Positions 1-8,687 of a stretch of 64,000 bases of DNA are shown here, one piece after another. How positions within the stretch are numbered: the first letter of the stretch is position 1; every line of letters starts with the position of its first letter. Source of the DNA: an uncultured Rickettsiales bacterium (GTDB lineage: Bacteria; Pseudomonadota; Alphaproteobacteria; Rickettsiales; JALZUV01); contig CAZZJS010000001.1 of the NCBI GenBank assembly GCA_964654855.1, positions 299,899-363,898 on the forward strand. Direction: 5' to 3'. The notes under the pieces were generated by a model. It saw only the letters and a program-made list of their open reading frames with translations. It did not search any database and was not told the origin of the DNA. The translations under genes were made by a program, and so were the position numbers.

Positions 1-768
1 AAACTTACTTGATACGAATAATATAACGGCTGCAGCTGCAGTAGCCAAAAAGTCGAGCACTGCAACTTTTCCGAACTTTTCTGCTCTAAAACGGTTCTTT
101 TCACTCAGATTCTTATCTAACTTTTCTGCACCTTTAATAAATACGTTAGAGGTTTTATTTGAAAAATTTTCCATTTGATTTCCGAAAAACTTTTCAGCAG
201 ATACAAAAGTAAAAAATACAGCGCCCCAAGCTATTAAACGCGAAGGAAGAAGGCTAGCCCATGTTTGTTTTGGCTCCGCATCAATCTTCCAATCACCTAT
301 TTGTGCATCTGATGGGTGCGTATCGGTTCCAGGAGATCCGTATTTTTCATTCCAGTGCCTAACGAGTTGCTTCTTTTTTGATTCCAGTGCTTTGATTGGG
401 AGTAGTGCTAAGTTTCCTGGAACCATGAGTGCTGTTGTCATTAGCACGCTGTCGACCATGCTCTTTTTTCCTAAGCTGGCGTCTTTTCCAGCTACTTTGT
501 TAATTAGCCCTTTCCAACCTTGGTTAAAGCTAACTTTTTCACCAGTCAGTGCTTTGCTTCCAGGGATTGTCTGGCTGCTAAATTTAAAGAGGTAACCTAC
601 GACAATACCGGATAAAAATACTGCGATATCCGCGATACCAATATACGCAATTGAATTAAATATTTTCTCGCCAATGGTTTTCTTATGCACTGAGTTTTTA
701 GGTGCTTCTTCGCTTGCCCATTGTTCATTAACTTTTTCGATGTTGTTATGTTTTGGAGTTTCTACCAT
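1..768 (-). CDS. Multi-pass membrane protein of unknown family, paralog of the adjacent 418-aa ORF (N-terminus complete, C-terminus beyond window edge)
   Basis: Absent from the supplied track because it has no stop in the window. My manual reverse-complement translation from ATG 768-766 stays open to position 1 (256 codons): MVETPKHNNIEKVNEQWASEEAPKN... Hydrophobic segments: IAYIGIADIAVFLSGIVVGYLF, LIAWGAVFFTFV, VLDFLATAAAAVILFV. Some blocks align with the neighbour (KKQLVRHWNEK vs KPKLVRWLDKN). The start overlaps the neighbour's stop (TAATG). Confidence 0.6.
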   Translation of the reverse strand, partial: MVETPKHNNIEKVNEQWASEEAPKNSVHKKTIGEKIFNSIAYIGIADIAVFLSGIVVGYLFKFSSQTIPGSKALTGEKVSFNQGWKGLINKVAGKDASLGKKSMVDSVLMTTALMVPGNLALLPIKALESKKKQLVRHWNEKYGSPGTDTHPSDAQIGDWKIDAEPKQTWASLLPSRLIAWGAVFFTFVSAEKFFGNQMENFSNKTSNVFIKGAEKLDKNLSEKNRFRAEKFGKVAVLDFLATAAAAVILFVSSKF

Positions 769-2024
769 TAGAGAGTCTGCTCCATGGTTGTCTCCTGCTG
801 TGAAGCAAGTGCTTTATCTTGATAATTATTGCCTACTGGTTGATTCTTCGCACGGTAATTGGCTGCTTTCTCCGCCTTCTCGTCTAGAGCAACCTCTTCA
901 GTTTCTTCTACAGTTTCCTCCGTCTTCGCTGCGATTTGAGGTGCAGGAATAGTATCGGTTCTGTTCGATGCTAAAGCGGTGTTCTCATTTGCTTTAGGTT
1001 TCTTCTTCTTGGTATTTGTATCAACACCAATACCAAAAAACTCTTTCGCCATGAGATATAAGAACTGGATACTCGCAGTTGTTCCGCTGCCGGTAAGTTC
1101 AGTTGCAAATAATGTACTCATACGTTTTGCGTAAAAGCTTTGTGATGCAGTTGATTTAGGGTCTTTCCATGGAGCTGTGAAGCCACCTGTCTTGCCTTCT
1201 TTTTGGCGTTCGTAACCTTTGTCAGCGCTCCAGAGAACACCTTGTTTTAGACGATTAAGTCCCCAAAATTCAGGTTTACTGTTTCGGCCAAACGTAAATT
1301 TATCAAGTTGGCGTAACCCAAAGAGTGAAGCAATGACAACGCCGATCGCAAAGAATCGTGCACCCCAAGTTCCACTAAAGGATTTACCTGAAAGTTCATT
1401 ATCCAGTTTGTCATAAACTTGCTTACGCTCTTCTAACTCTGCAGCATCAGGGCCTTTGCCAAATGTCTTGCGCAGTGGATCTGTGATGTTTTTATCTAAC
1501 CAGCGAACCAGTTTCGGTTTAACTTTGTCATTTTCAAAGAGTTGAGTCATCGCCGTCGTGATGTGACCTGCGAATGAAAGCATAAGTACATCTACGGTAA
1601 TACCACCTGCTACGTCGACCGTATCATCATCAACTTTGCTACCTGTTTTTTTATTGAGCTTGTGATAGGCTTTGAGTGTAGATTTCTCAAATTTGTCGTA
1701 AGCCTCATAGAAGTTTGATCCGCCGCTAAATGGAATTTTGATATTTTCGCCAGGCAGTTTGCTAATGTCTTTTTTGCTATAGCCTTTTTCACCATTTTTG
1801 ACTTTTTTATTGATTTCATGTTTGGTCATGAAGTGAGCAGTGATGGTTGCTCCAACAACATTTAAACCAAAGTTGATACCAAAATGGACTATTTTATCAA
1901 ACAAGTTCCAGCCTGGTGTACGGACCTTGTCCGTTACTTTCTTCTCAGAAGCTGCCCACTCTTGTCCCTGCGCTGTATTTTGCACGGTTGCGTCGGGGGT
2001 TATATTGTTTGTTTTTTCTACCAT
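768..2024 (-). CDS. Multi-pass membrane protein of unknown family with a Lys/Glu-rich C-terminal tail
   Basis: 418-aa ORF. Hydrophobic segments: FGINFGLNVVGATITAHF, ITVDVLMLSFAGHITTAM, FFAIGVVIASLFGL, GSGTTASIQFLYLMA. I recognise no family motif. It starts MVE like the downstream paralog. Region is AT-rich by eye. Confidence 0.65.
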   Translation of the reverse strand: MVEKTNNITPDATVQNTAQGQEWAASEKKVTDKVRTPGWNLFDKIVHFGINFGLNVVGATITAHFMTKHEINKKVKNGEKGYSKKDISKLPGENIKIPFSGGSNFYEAYDKFEKSTLKAYHKLNKKTGSKVDDDTVDVAGGITVDVLMLSFAGHITTAMTQLFENDKVKPKLVRWLDKNITDPLRKTFGKGPDAAELEERKQVYDKLDNELSGKSFSGTWGARFFAIGVVIASLFGLRQLDKFTFGRNSKPEFWGLNRLKQGVLWSADKGYERQKEGKTGGFTAPWKDPKSTASQSFYAKRMSTLFATELTGSGTTASIQFLYLMAKEFFGIGVDTNTKKKKPKANENTALASNRTDTIPAPQIAAKTEETVEETEEVALDEKAEKAANYRAKNQPVGNNYQDKALASQQETTMEQTL

Positions 2025-2140
2025 AATTTGTGTCCTGCCACAGGATAGACCTGTTGCATTAGTTGTAATGTAGCAGAAATAGGGGGGTAGAAGTGTTAAG
2101 GTTGTGTGACGACTTCAAATTGTCACAATAGATTAAGTGA

Positions 2141-3811
2141 CTATTTTGTATCGGTTTTTGTGTCTTTTTCGATGTTTTCGCGGATCTCACGCAATTCATC
2201 TGCGGAAGCGTCCCACGTTCGTACCCCTTCAGGGGCGGGTAATTGCACTAAATCTAAGCGGTCCGGGTCGCGTACAAATAAGCGCTCACCTTGAATTGAG
2301 CCGAGGTTTGGTGGGATATTGTTTTTCGATAGCCCAATCACCGTATAAGGGCCTTCACGCATCATGCCTAATACGGCACGTGGTCGGTCAATAAACACTT
2401 GAGATCCTCGTAAGAGGTCATAAATATCACGTGTATCGTTTGGATGAGCGTTCTTCACAAGGTGATGAACGACTACCATTCCACAATTTTTCTGGATGGC
2501 AAATTCTTCAATAGCTTCAAAAAACTCGCTCACTACTTCAGAATTATCCTCGTCACCAGTCAGGTATTTTCGCGCAGGGTCAATGACTACTAACGAAACA
2601 TCGGGCAATTTATGTAAGCGGTTGAGAAAATCTCCTAGATTAGCTTTGCTACCATCTTCATTTTCACCAAAGTCGCTACGTTGCAGCATGAGTCTGCTGG
2701 AGCGGCCTTCTGGGTCCATCAGGTTCGCGCGTGCATTCACAATAGCTGCGCTATCTTCGCCTGAGAAGTAGATCACTAAGCCTTTCGCAAATTCTTTGTT
2801 AATGGGCTGGCCAAGCCACATGGGTTCTTCATGATCTTCCCAGTCGATTGAGCATTGAATGGCAAGGCGATGCGAAACGGAGCTTTTACCTGTTCCGCCT
2901 GTTGCACCCACTACGGTGACGGAAGCTTTTGGAATCCAGCCTTCAACTAGAAACTCAAAGGTATCTTCTTTATCGGTACGATCAGCACCGGTAGCTTCAA
3001 AGAGTTGAATATCATGTGCTACCATACGGAAGAAGCGCATATTATGATCAATCTTTTTTGGATTGGTGCCGAATTTATCGTAAAGAAGTTGATGGCGGTC
3101 ATAAGCATTCCAGCAAACCGCTGCCTCCTCCACCTCTTTGGCAGAGACAGTATGTTTCTCAATTTCCTCTATCTTAAAATCTTCTGGCAGCATAGCGCTG
3201 AAATTTTCATGCAAGAATGATCCATTCTTGGTGAGATACTCTAGGTCAGATAGTGGGTAGGCTTTATGATAGGCCTCACTTTCAATATCAGCGACCTCAT
3301 AAAGTGGTTCATTGCCGTCAATCACATTAGTGCCAGGAATTACGGGGAGCATTTCATCCGAAAATGCGACCATCTTAACTCCCGCTTTCTTATTATCGCC
3401 GCGCTCATATACGCCAGTAAAAGCGCCGAGATCGGTTAAGCGTTTGATTGAGTCATCATCAAGGCGGTTTACGCCGAGAGTGAAAGCAGTGCTCCACATA
3501 ATGCCAGAACCAACAGCCTCATAGCTTCCGGTTTCGTTAATTTGGTGTACAAGCGGGTTCAGTAACAAAGGGGAGTTCGGCAAATGCCCATCATTATAAT
3601 TTGAGCGAATCTCACGCACCATATCCATGATCTCCTTATCTGAATCGCCAAACCAAAATTTTAGCGTAGAGTTCTGAGCCCGCCATGGGTCCTGCTCGGG
3701 CTGAGTATAAAGGCACATTTTACCCTTCAGGCCTACATTCCGATGTGCTGCCCAAATAATTTTGAGTTCAGCGCTGATGCGGTCAAATATTTCATCGGTA
3801 AAGTAGGTCAT
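2141..3811 (-). CDS. RecA-fold ATPase of the RepA/AAA_25 type (plasmid/phage replicative-helicase-like) with an unassigned ~290-aa N-terminal domain
   Basis: 556-aa ORF. Walker A GATGGTGKS at aa 302-310. YFSGEDSAAIVNAR block follows. Walker B-like SLVVIDP at aa 406-412. VVVHHLVK sensor-like strand. This layout is typical of AAA_25/RepA-like proteins. The N-terminal half has no motif I can assign confidently. Confidence 0.7.
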   Translation of the reverse strand: MTYFTDEIFDRISAELKIIWAAHRNVGLKGKMCLYTQPEQDPWRAQNSTLKFWFGDSDKEIMDMVREIRSNYNDGHLPNSPLLLNPLVHQINETGSYEAVGSGIMWSTAFTLGVNRLDDDSIKRLTDLGAFTGVYERGDNKKAGVKMVAFSDEMLPVIPGTNVIDGNEPLYEVADIESEAYHKAYPLSDLEYLTKNGSFLHENFSAMLPEDFKIEEIEKHTVSAKEVEEAAVCWNAYDRHQLLYDKFGTNPKKIDHNMRFFRMVAHDIQLFEATGADRTDKEDTFEFLVEGWIPKASVTVVGATGGTGKSSVSHRLAIQCSIDWEDHEEPMWLGQPINKEFAKGLVIYFSGEDSAAIVNARANLMDPEGRSSRLMLQRSDFGENEDGSKANLGDFLNRLHKLPDVSLVVIDPARKYLTGDEDNSEVVSEFFEAIEEFAIQKNCGMVVVHHLVKNAHPNDTRDIYDLLRGSQVFIDRPRAVLGMMREGPYTVIGLSKNNIPPNLGSIQGERLFVRDPDRLDLVQLPAPEGVRTWDASADELREIRENIEKDTKTDTK

Positions 3812-3904
3812 ATTACCTCAAGCATATAGTGAAGAAATGTTAGCTTACAGTAAAGATGTGACAAAACGTTGAACGTAAACTCTACTAATTCTAGTTTGTC
3901 ACTT

Positions 3905-6766
3905 ATGTTCTACACCGTTCCCCCTGCTGAACCTTTAGCTGACCGACTCGTTAGCTGGCTTTTGGCGCAATATAAGCAGAAACCACAGGCTTTAGCGGAG
4001 ATTTTAGTCTTCTTGCCGACGCGCCGAGCAATTCGTACGGTAAGAGAAGCGTTTTTGCGTGTAGGGCAGGGGCAAGCGATGTTATTGCCTCAACTTGTTG
4101 CCACGGGTGATGTGGATGAGGCTTTGATATTGCGCCATACGACTTTATCTCCCGCTCTGATGCAGGAGCTTGGGGCGCTTCTGCCAACCCCACCACCCAT
4201 GGAGCGTTTGCTATTGTTGCAAGAACTGGTTTGGGAACATGGGCAGAAAATGATTCCACGTCTACATGATCGCGAGGCTGCGTTAGATTTGGCTGTTAAT
4301 CTCGCTGAATTGATGGATGAGATGGATCGCGAATATGGTGATTGGACGAAATTAGATACACTTGTGCCTGAGGATTTTGCTGAACATTGGCAGCAGACGC
4401 TCGAATTTCTCAAAATTATTCGTGAATATTGGCCTGAATTGGAGGCTGAAAGAGGATGGATGCGACCGTGGCAGCGTCGTAACGAATTATTGAAAATACT
4501 TTTAAAGGCTTGGGAAGAGAGTTCGCCACAGCAGCCCGTGATTGCAGCGGGAACAACGGGATCCGTCGCAGCGGTAGGTGAATTGCTGCGACGGATCCAT
4601 CAATTGCCTAAGGGTAGTGTGATTCTGCCCGGGTTTGAATCATCATTACCGGAAGGCACGTTACCTCTCACGCATCCGCAGGCGGGAATGCAGGAAATTC
4701 TAGTAGATATGGAGGTATCGCCCTTTCAGGTGGAGGAATTACCGGGGGAGGTGATCAGAAGTGAAACACAGCGTCATGAGTTTTTGTCTTTGGCAATGGT
4801 GCCAGTGCAGATGACAGATGCTTGGCGGGGGGCTGAGTTTACGAAACCAGACTCCTTTTACTGTTTGGAAATGGCGAATAGTCAGGAATCATCCTTCGCA
4901 GCGGCGTTACTCATGCGTGAAATGTTGGAACAAACCGATAAAACAGCGGCCTTTATCACACCTGATAGGCAGTTGGCGCGTGCAGTGGCTGCTCGATTGG
5001 CACGCTGGGGAATTGTGGCAGATGATTCTGCTGGGCAACCTTTGCCGCAGACTCCACAAGGCGTATTTCTATTCTTACTGTTAGAGGCAGTGCGTTACGG
5101 ATTATCTCCCGTTTCGTTACTGGCATTGATGAAGCACCCGCTCTTTACCATGGGGCTAATACGCTCAGAGCTCTCGCAGCAGGTGCGTGGGTGGGAAATT
5201 AAAGTGCTTCGCGGGCTTGCCTCGCCTCATTGGGAAAAGGTGAAGCGCGAAACAAAGAAGCAAATGCTAGATCATGTGCCTCTATTAGAGGCATTAGAGC
5301 AGAAACTCGCACCGCTACTTGTAGCGTTTGAAACAATCGAGAGCCATAAATTTGATGCTCTCGTCACATTGCTGGTCGAAACAGCAGAGGCGCTAACCCA
5401 AAATAGCGCGGGCGAATGCCAGCTCTGGCAAGGTGAGGGGGCTTCAACTCTCTCTAGTTTCTTCAGTAAAATGACGGCAAGCGAGGTAGTTTCTGATATT
5501 GCGGCTGAGGAGCTACCAGGCATGTTACGCGCCCTGATGCGTGGCGAGGTAGTGCGGACGCATTACGGTACGCACCCGCGGTTGCAAATTCTTTCGCCGA
5601 TGGAAGCACGTTTACAGCGTTATGATCGTGTGATCTTGGCGGATATGAATGAAGGCGGATGGCCAGAAATTCCCGATGCCGATCCATGGATGAATCACGA
5701 TATGCGTCGCAAACTAGGACTGCCATCGCCGGATAAGCGTATTGGCCAACAGGCGCATGATTTTATTCAACAAGCGGCGGGCGGCGAAGTGCTGATGCTG
5801 CGTACTGCTAAATCTGGTGGGGCAGAAACTGTTCCTAGCCGTTTGGTGCAGCGTATTGAGGTGCTCATGGAGTCGACAGGCGATGATGCGTGGCGATCTC
5901 ATCCCGTGCAAGATTGGGTACGGCAACTGCTAACGCCGCAATCAACGCCTGCAGCAACACGTCCTACGCCGAAACCGCCTGTAGAGACTCGTCCGCGTGA
6001 GCTTTCATTCACGCGTTTTGAACGGCTCATGCAAGATCCTTACAGCATTTATGCGCAGAAGGTTCTCAAACTTAAAAAGTTAGATGCGCTCGATCCTGAG
6101 CCGTCCCATCGAGAGTTTGGTAGCCTCGTCCATGATGTATTGGAAAAGCATTTCACTACCAAACGTCCTATGATGGATTGCGCTGAGGAAGTTTTCGCTG
6201 CTGCTGACTTGGGTTATATTGCAGATTCCCTCTGGTGGCCACGTTTTGAGCGTATTGCTAAATGGGCTGAGGCGCAACCGATGCCGCTCTCTATGCAATG
6301 CGAGATCAAAGGGGAATGGAAGTTTGCTGCGCCTGCAGGTGAGTTTACGCTGACTGCACGGGTAGATCGGTTGGAAGAATCTGCAACAGGCTTCTCTATT
6401 ATCGATTATAAAACCGGTGCCCCTCCTGCAGCAGAATGGATGCGCCAAGGGGTCGCAAACCAATTGAATATCGCGGCGGTGATGGCAAAGGAAGGGAGTT
6501 TTGGTAAGCATTTGCAAGATAAGCCTGTGGAAGCTCTTGAATATTGGAAACTCGGCGGGAAAGAGGGCGGCGAGGTGAAAGCCTTTGCACTCACCAAAGA
6601 AGAATCACTTGAAGAGGCGGTGCAGAATGCCCGCGACGCTTTACCTAAAGTGATTGCCGCTTATGATAAACCAGAGAAAGCCTATGAATCGATTCCTGAA
6701 TATCGTTTCAAACCGCGTTATAATGATTACGAACAGCTCGCTCGTATACAAGAATGGTTGGATTAA
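3905..6766 (+). CDS. addB: Double-strand break repair protein AddB, alphaproteobacterial type (PD-(D/E)XK nuclease C-terminal domain)
   Basis: The track ORF starts at TTG 3869. ATG 3905 (MFYTVPPAEPLADRL) matches the usual alpha-AddB N-terminus. The C-terminus has ARVDRLEE...GFSIIDYKTGAPP (D..D-Y-K nuclease motif) and ends YNDYEQLARIQEW. Length is about 950 aa. Confidence 0.8.
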   Translation: MFYTVPPAEPLADRLVSWLLAQYKQKPQALAEILVFLPTRRAIRTVREAFLRVGQGQAMLLPQLVATGDVDEALILRHTTLSPALMQELGALLPTPPPMERLLLLQELVWEHGQKMIPRLHDREAALDLAVNLAELMDEMDREYGDWTKLDTLVPEDFAEHWQQTLEFLKIIREYWPELEAERGWMRPWQRRNELLKILLKAWEESSPQQPVIAAGTTGSVAAVGELLRRIHQLPKGSVILPGFESSLPEGTLPLTHPQAGMQEILVDMEVSPFQVEELPGEVIRSETQRHEFLSLAMVPVQMTDAWRGAEFTKPDSFYCLEMANSQESSFAAALLMREMLEQTDKTAAFITPDRQLARAVAARLARWGIVADDSAGQPLPQTPQGVFLFLLLEAVRYGLSPVSLLALMKHPLFTMGLIRSELSQQVRGWEIKVLRGLASPHWEKVKRETKKQMLDHVPLLEALEQKLAPLLVAFETIESHKFDALVTLLVETAEALTQNSAGECQLWQGEGASTLSSFFSKMTASEVVSDIAAEELPGMLRALMRGEVVRTHYGTHPRLQILSPMEARLQRYDRVILADMNEGGWPEIPDADPWMNHDMRRKLGLPSPDKRIGQQAHDFIQQAAGGEVLMLRTAKSGGAETVPSRLVQRIEVLMESTGDDAWRSHPVQDWVRQLLTPQSTPAATRPTPKPPVETRPRELSFTRFERLMQDPYSIYAQKVLKLKKLDALDPEPSHREFGSLVHDVLEKHFTTKRPMMDCAEEVFAAADLGYIADSLWWPRFERIAKWAEAQPMPLSMQCEIKGEWKFAAPAGEFTLTARVDRLEESATGFSIIDYKTGAPPAAEWMRQGVANQLNIAAVMAKEGSFGKHLQDKPVEALEYWKLGGKEGGEVKAFALTKEESLEEAVQNARDALPKVIAAYDKPEKAYESIPEYRFKPRYNDYEQLARIQEWLD

Positions 6767-7978
6767 ATGGATAAAACAGAACTCCTTACATGGATAGATG
6801 GCCAGCATGATCGCATGGTCGAAATGGTACTTGCATGGTCGCGTATTAATAGCGGTTCCTTCAATGTGAAAGGCGTGCAGCAAATGCGAAAGGCGCTTAC
6901 TGAGGCTTTCGCTCCTTTAGGGGGAGAGGCAGAAGTGCTCCCCATTGCGCCGCTACAAACCGTTAATTCCTCAGGTGAGGTGGATGAAATTCCGCTGGCA
7001 GAAGCACTGCGCATCCGTAAGCGCCCTGATGCGCCGGTCAAGATTGTGCTATCTGGCCATATGGATACGGTATTCCCAAAAGATTGCGCTTTTCAGGAGC
7101 CTGTCTGGTTGGATGATAATACTATTAATGGCCCCGGTGTGACGGACTTAAAAGGTGGCCTCGTTTGTATGTTAGTCGCGCTAGAAGCGTTAGAGCAAAG
7201 CGAATTTGCCGACCAAATTGGGTGGGAAGTGTTGCTCAATCCTGATGAAGAAATCGGCTCGCAAGGTTCTAACCCCTATCTGGTAGAAGCGGCGGAGCGT
7301 AATGATGTGGGGATGATCTATGAGCCATCTCTCGCCGATGGCACTTTAGCCGGAGCACGTAAAGGCAGCGGAAATTTCGTTATTGTCGTCAAAGGAAAAG
7401 CCGCGCATGCGGGGCGTGAGTTTGATAAAGGGCGTAATGCTATTGCGCTGCTCGCTGAGATTATCACTGCACTGTATGAGATTAATGGTCGTCGTGATGA
7501 TGTGACCCTCAACCCCGGTAAAATTGAAGGAGGAGGCCCAACCAATGTGGTGCCAGATACGGCTATCCTTCGGTTCAATGTGCGGATGCCAGAGCCGGAA
7601 GATCAAGTATGGTTGCAATCACAATTCGATAAGATCGTTGAAAGATTTTCCAACCGTGAGGGTTTTTCTGTAGGGCTGCATGGGGCTTTTACTCGTCCAC
7701 CAAAGCCGCTATCGGAAGAAAATACCCGCCTATTTGAGCTGGTACGTGATTGCGGTAACGAATTGGGGCAGCAAATTAGGTGGAAAGCAACAGGTGGCTG
7801 TTGCGATGGTAATAACATGGCTGCGGCTGGTTTGCCGAATGTAGATACGCTCGGCGTGCGTGGTGGTGATATCCATAGCGATAAAGAGTTTTTATTGGTG
7901 GATTCTTTGACGGAGCGTGCAAAGCTTTCGCTGCTTGTATTAATGCGATTGGCGCAAGAAGGATGGAAATCAAAATAA
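6767..7978 (+). CDS. M20 family metallopeptidase (carboxypeptidase G2-like)
   Basis: 403-aa ORF with GHMDTVFP, GVTDLKGG and NPDEEIGS metal-ligand motifs of M20 peptidases. Its ATG directly follows the addB TAA (TAAATG). Confidence 0.8.
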   Translation: MDKTELLTWIDGQHDRMVEMVLAWSRINSGSFNVKGVQQMRKALTEAFAPLGGEAEVLPIAPLQTVNSSGEVDEIPLAEALRIRKRPDAPVKIVLSGHMDTVFPKDCAFQEPVWLDDNTINGPGVTDLKGGLVCMLVALEALEQSEFADQIGWEVLLNPDEEIGSQGSNPYLVEAAERNDVGMIYEPSLADGTLAGARKGSGNFVIVVKGKAAHAGREFDKGRNAIALLAEIITALYEINGRRDDVTLNPGKIEGGGPTNVVPDTAILRFNVRMPEPEDQVWLQSQFDKIVERFSNREGFSVGLHGAFTRPPKPLSEENTRLFELVRDCGNELGQQIRWKATGGCCDGNNMAAAGLPNVDTLGVRGGDIHSDKEFLLVDSLTERAKLSLLVLMRLAQEGWKSK

Positions 7979-8025
7979 GTATCCATTTCAGGTACTAGCT
8001 TTGTAGTTTCCAATCTGGAACTATC

Positions 8026-8649
8026 ATGGCTATGCCCAATCATATTAAAGCACGCCGTAAGTACCTGAAGCTGACGCAACAGAAAATTGCTGATGGTGCA
8101 AAAACGACCAAAGCAACGGTCATGAAGCTTGAAAAAGGCGACATGCAGCTTACCGAAAATTGGATGAAGCGTTTGGCCGTTCCCTTGCAATGTAAACCCG
8201 AAGATTTGATCGCGGATGAATGGCCTGCTGATGTGCCTTTGATTGGTGAGGTTTATGGTAAAAGTGAGATTAAATATTATCGCAATCTTCCTGAATTAGG
8301 TGTTGAAGAATCTGATCCAACGTATTGGGATAAAATGCAAAAAGCGCCTAGACCGCCTGAAGGAGAGTATCGTGAGGTGATGGCGCTAAGGGTAGTGGAT
8401 GATGCGTTAGAACCGCTGCTTTCAATCGGAAGTTTTGTCTATTATTCAGAGCGCTTGGTACAAGATTTTAAGTCGCTAATAGGCCGTTTGGTCGTATGCG
8501 AGCTGACGAATGGTGAGGTGCATGTTGCGCGTTTGCAGCCAGGCTATAGTTTTGGTGTTTATAACCTGCTAAAGCCCAGCGGTATGATGATGAATGACAT
8601 AGAGCTAAACTGGTGTGCGAAAATAATATTCTTTAAGCCTGCAGAATAA
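8026..8649 (+). CDS. XRE-family HTH protein with C-terminal S24 (LexA/CI)-like domain, catalytic dyad apparently substituted
   Basis: N-terminal HTH: IKARRKYLKLTQQKIADGAKTTKATVMKLEKG. The C-terminal region aligns to the S24 pattern. ALRVVDDALEP sits where V-x-GDSM-x-P is expected. GEVHVARL sits where the T-V-K-R-L lysine is expected. Confidence 0.7.
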   Translation: MAMPNHIKARRKYLKLTQQKIADGAKTTKATVMKLEKGDMQLTENWMKRLAVPLQCKPEDLIADEWPADVPLIGEVYGKSEIKYYRNLPELGVEESDPTYWDKMQKAPRPPEGEYREVMALRVVDDALEPLLSIGSFVYYSERLVQDFKSLIGRLVVCELTNGEVHVARLQPGYSFGVYNLLKPSGMMMNDIELNWCAKIIFFKPAE

Positions 8650-8687
8650 TACTTGCAAAAGTATCCATAATAGATACTATAGGTTGT

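Noticed and set aside
7603-8190. 195-aa minus-strand ORF
   Set aside because: It is antisense to the 3' end of the M20 peptidase gene and the 5' end of the XRE/S24 gene. It has no motifs, so I treat it as a shadow ORF.
1-8649. Possible prophage or integrative element: a RepA-like ATPase plus a CI-like repressor within 8 kb
   Set aside because: The two genes are separated by housekeeping addB and an M20 peptidase. No integrase, excisionase, structural or lysis genes are visible, and no att-like repeats either. At most this is a decayed remnant. I reported the components separately instead.
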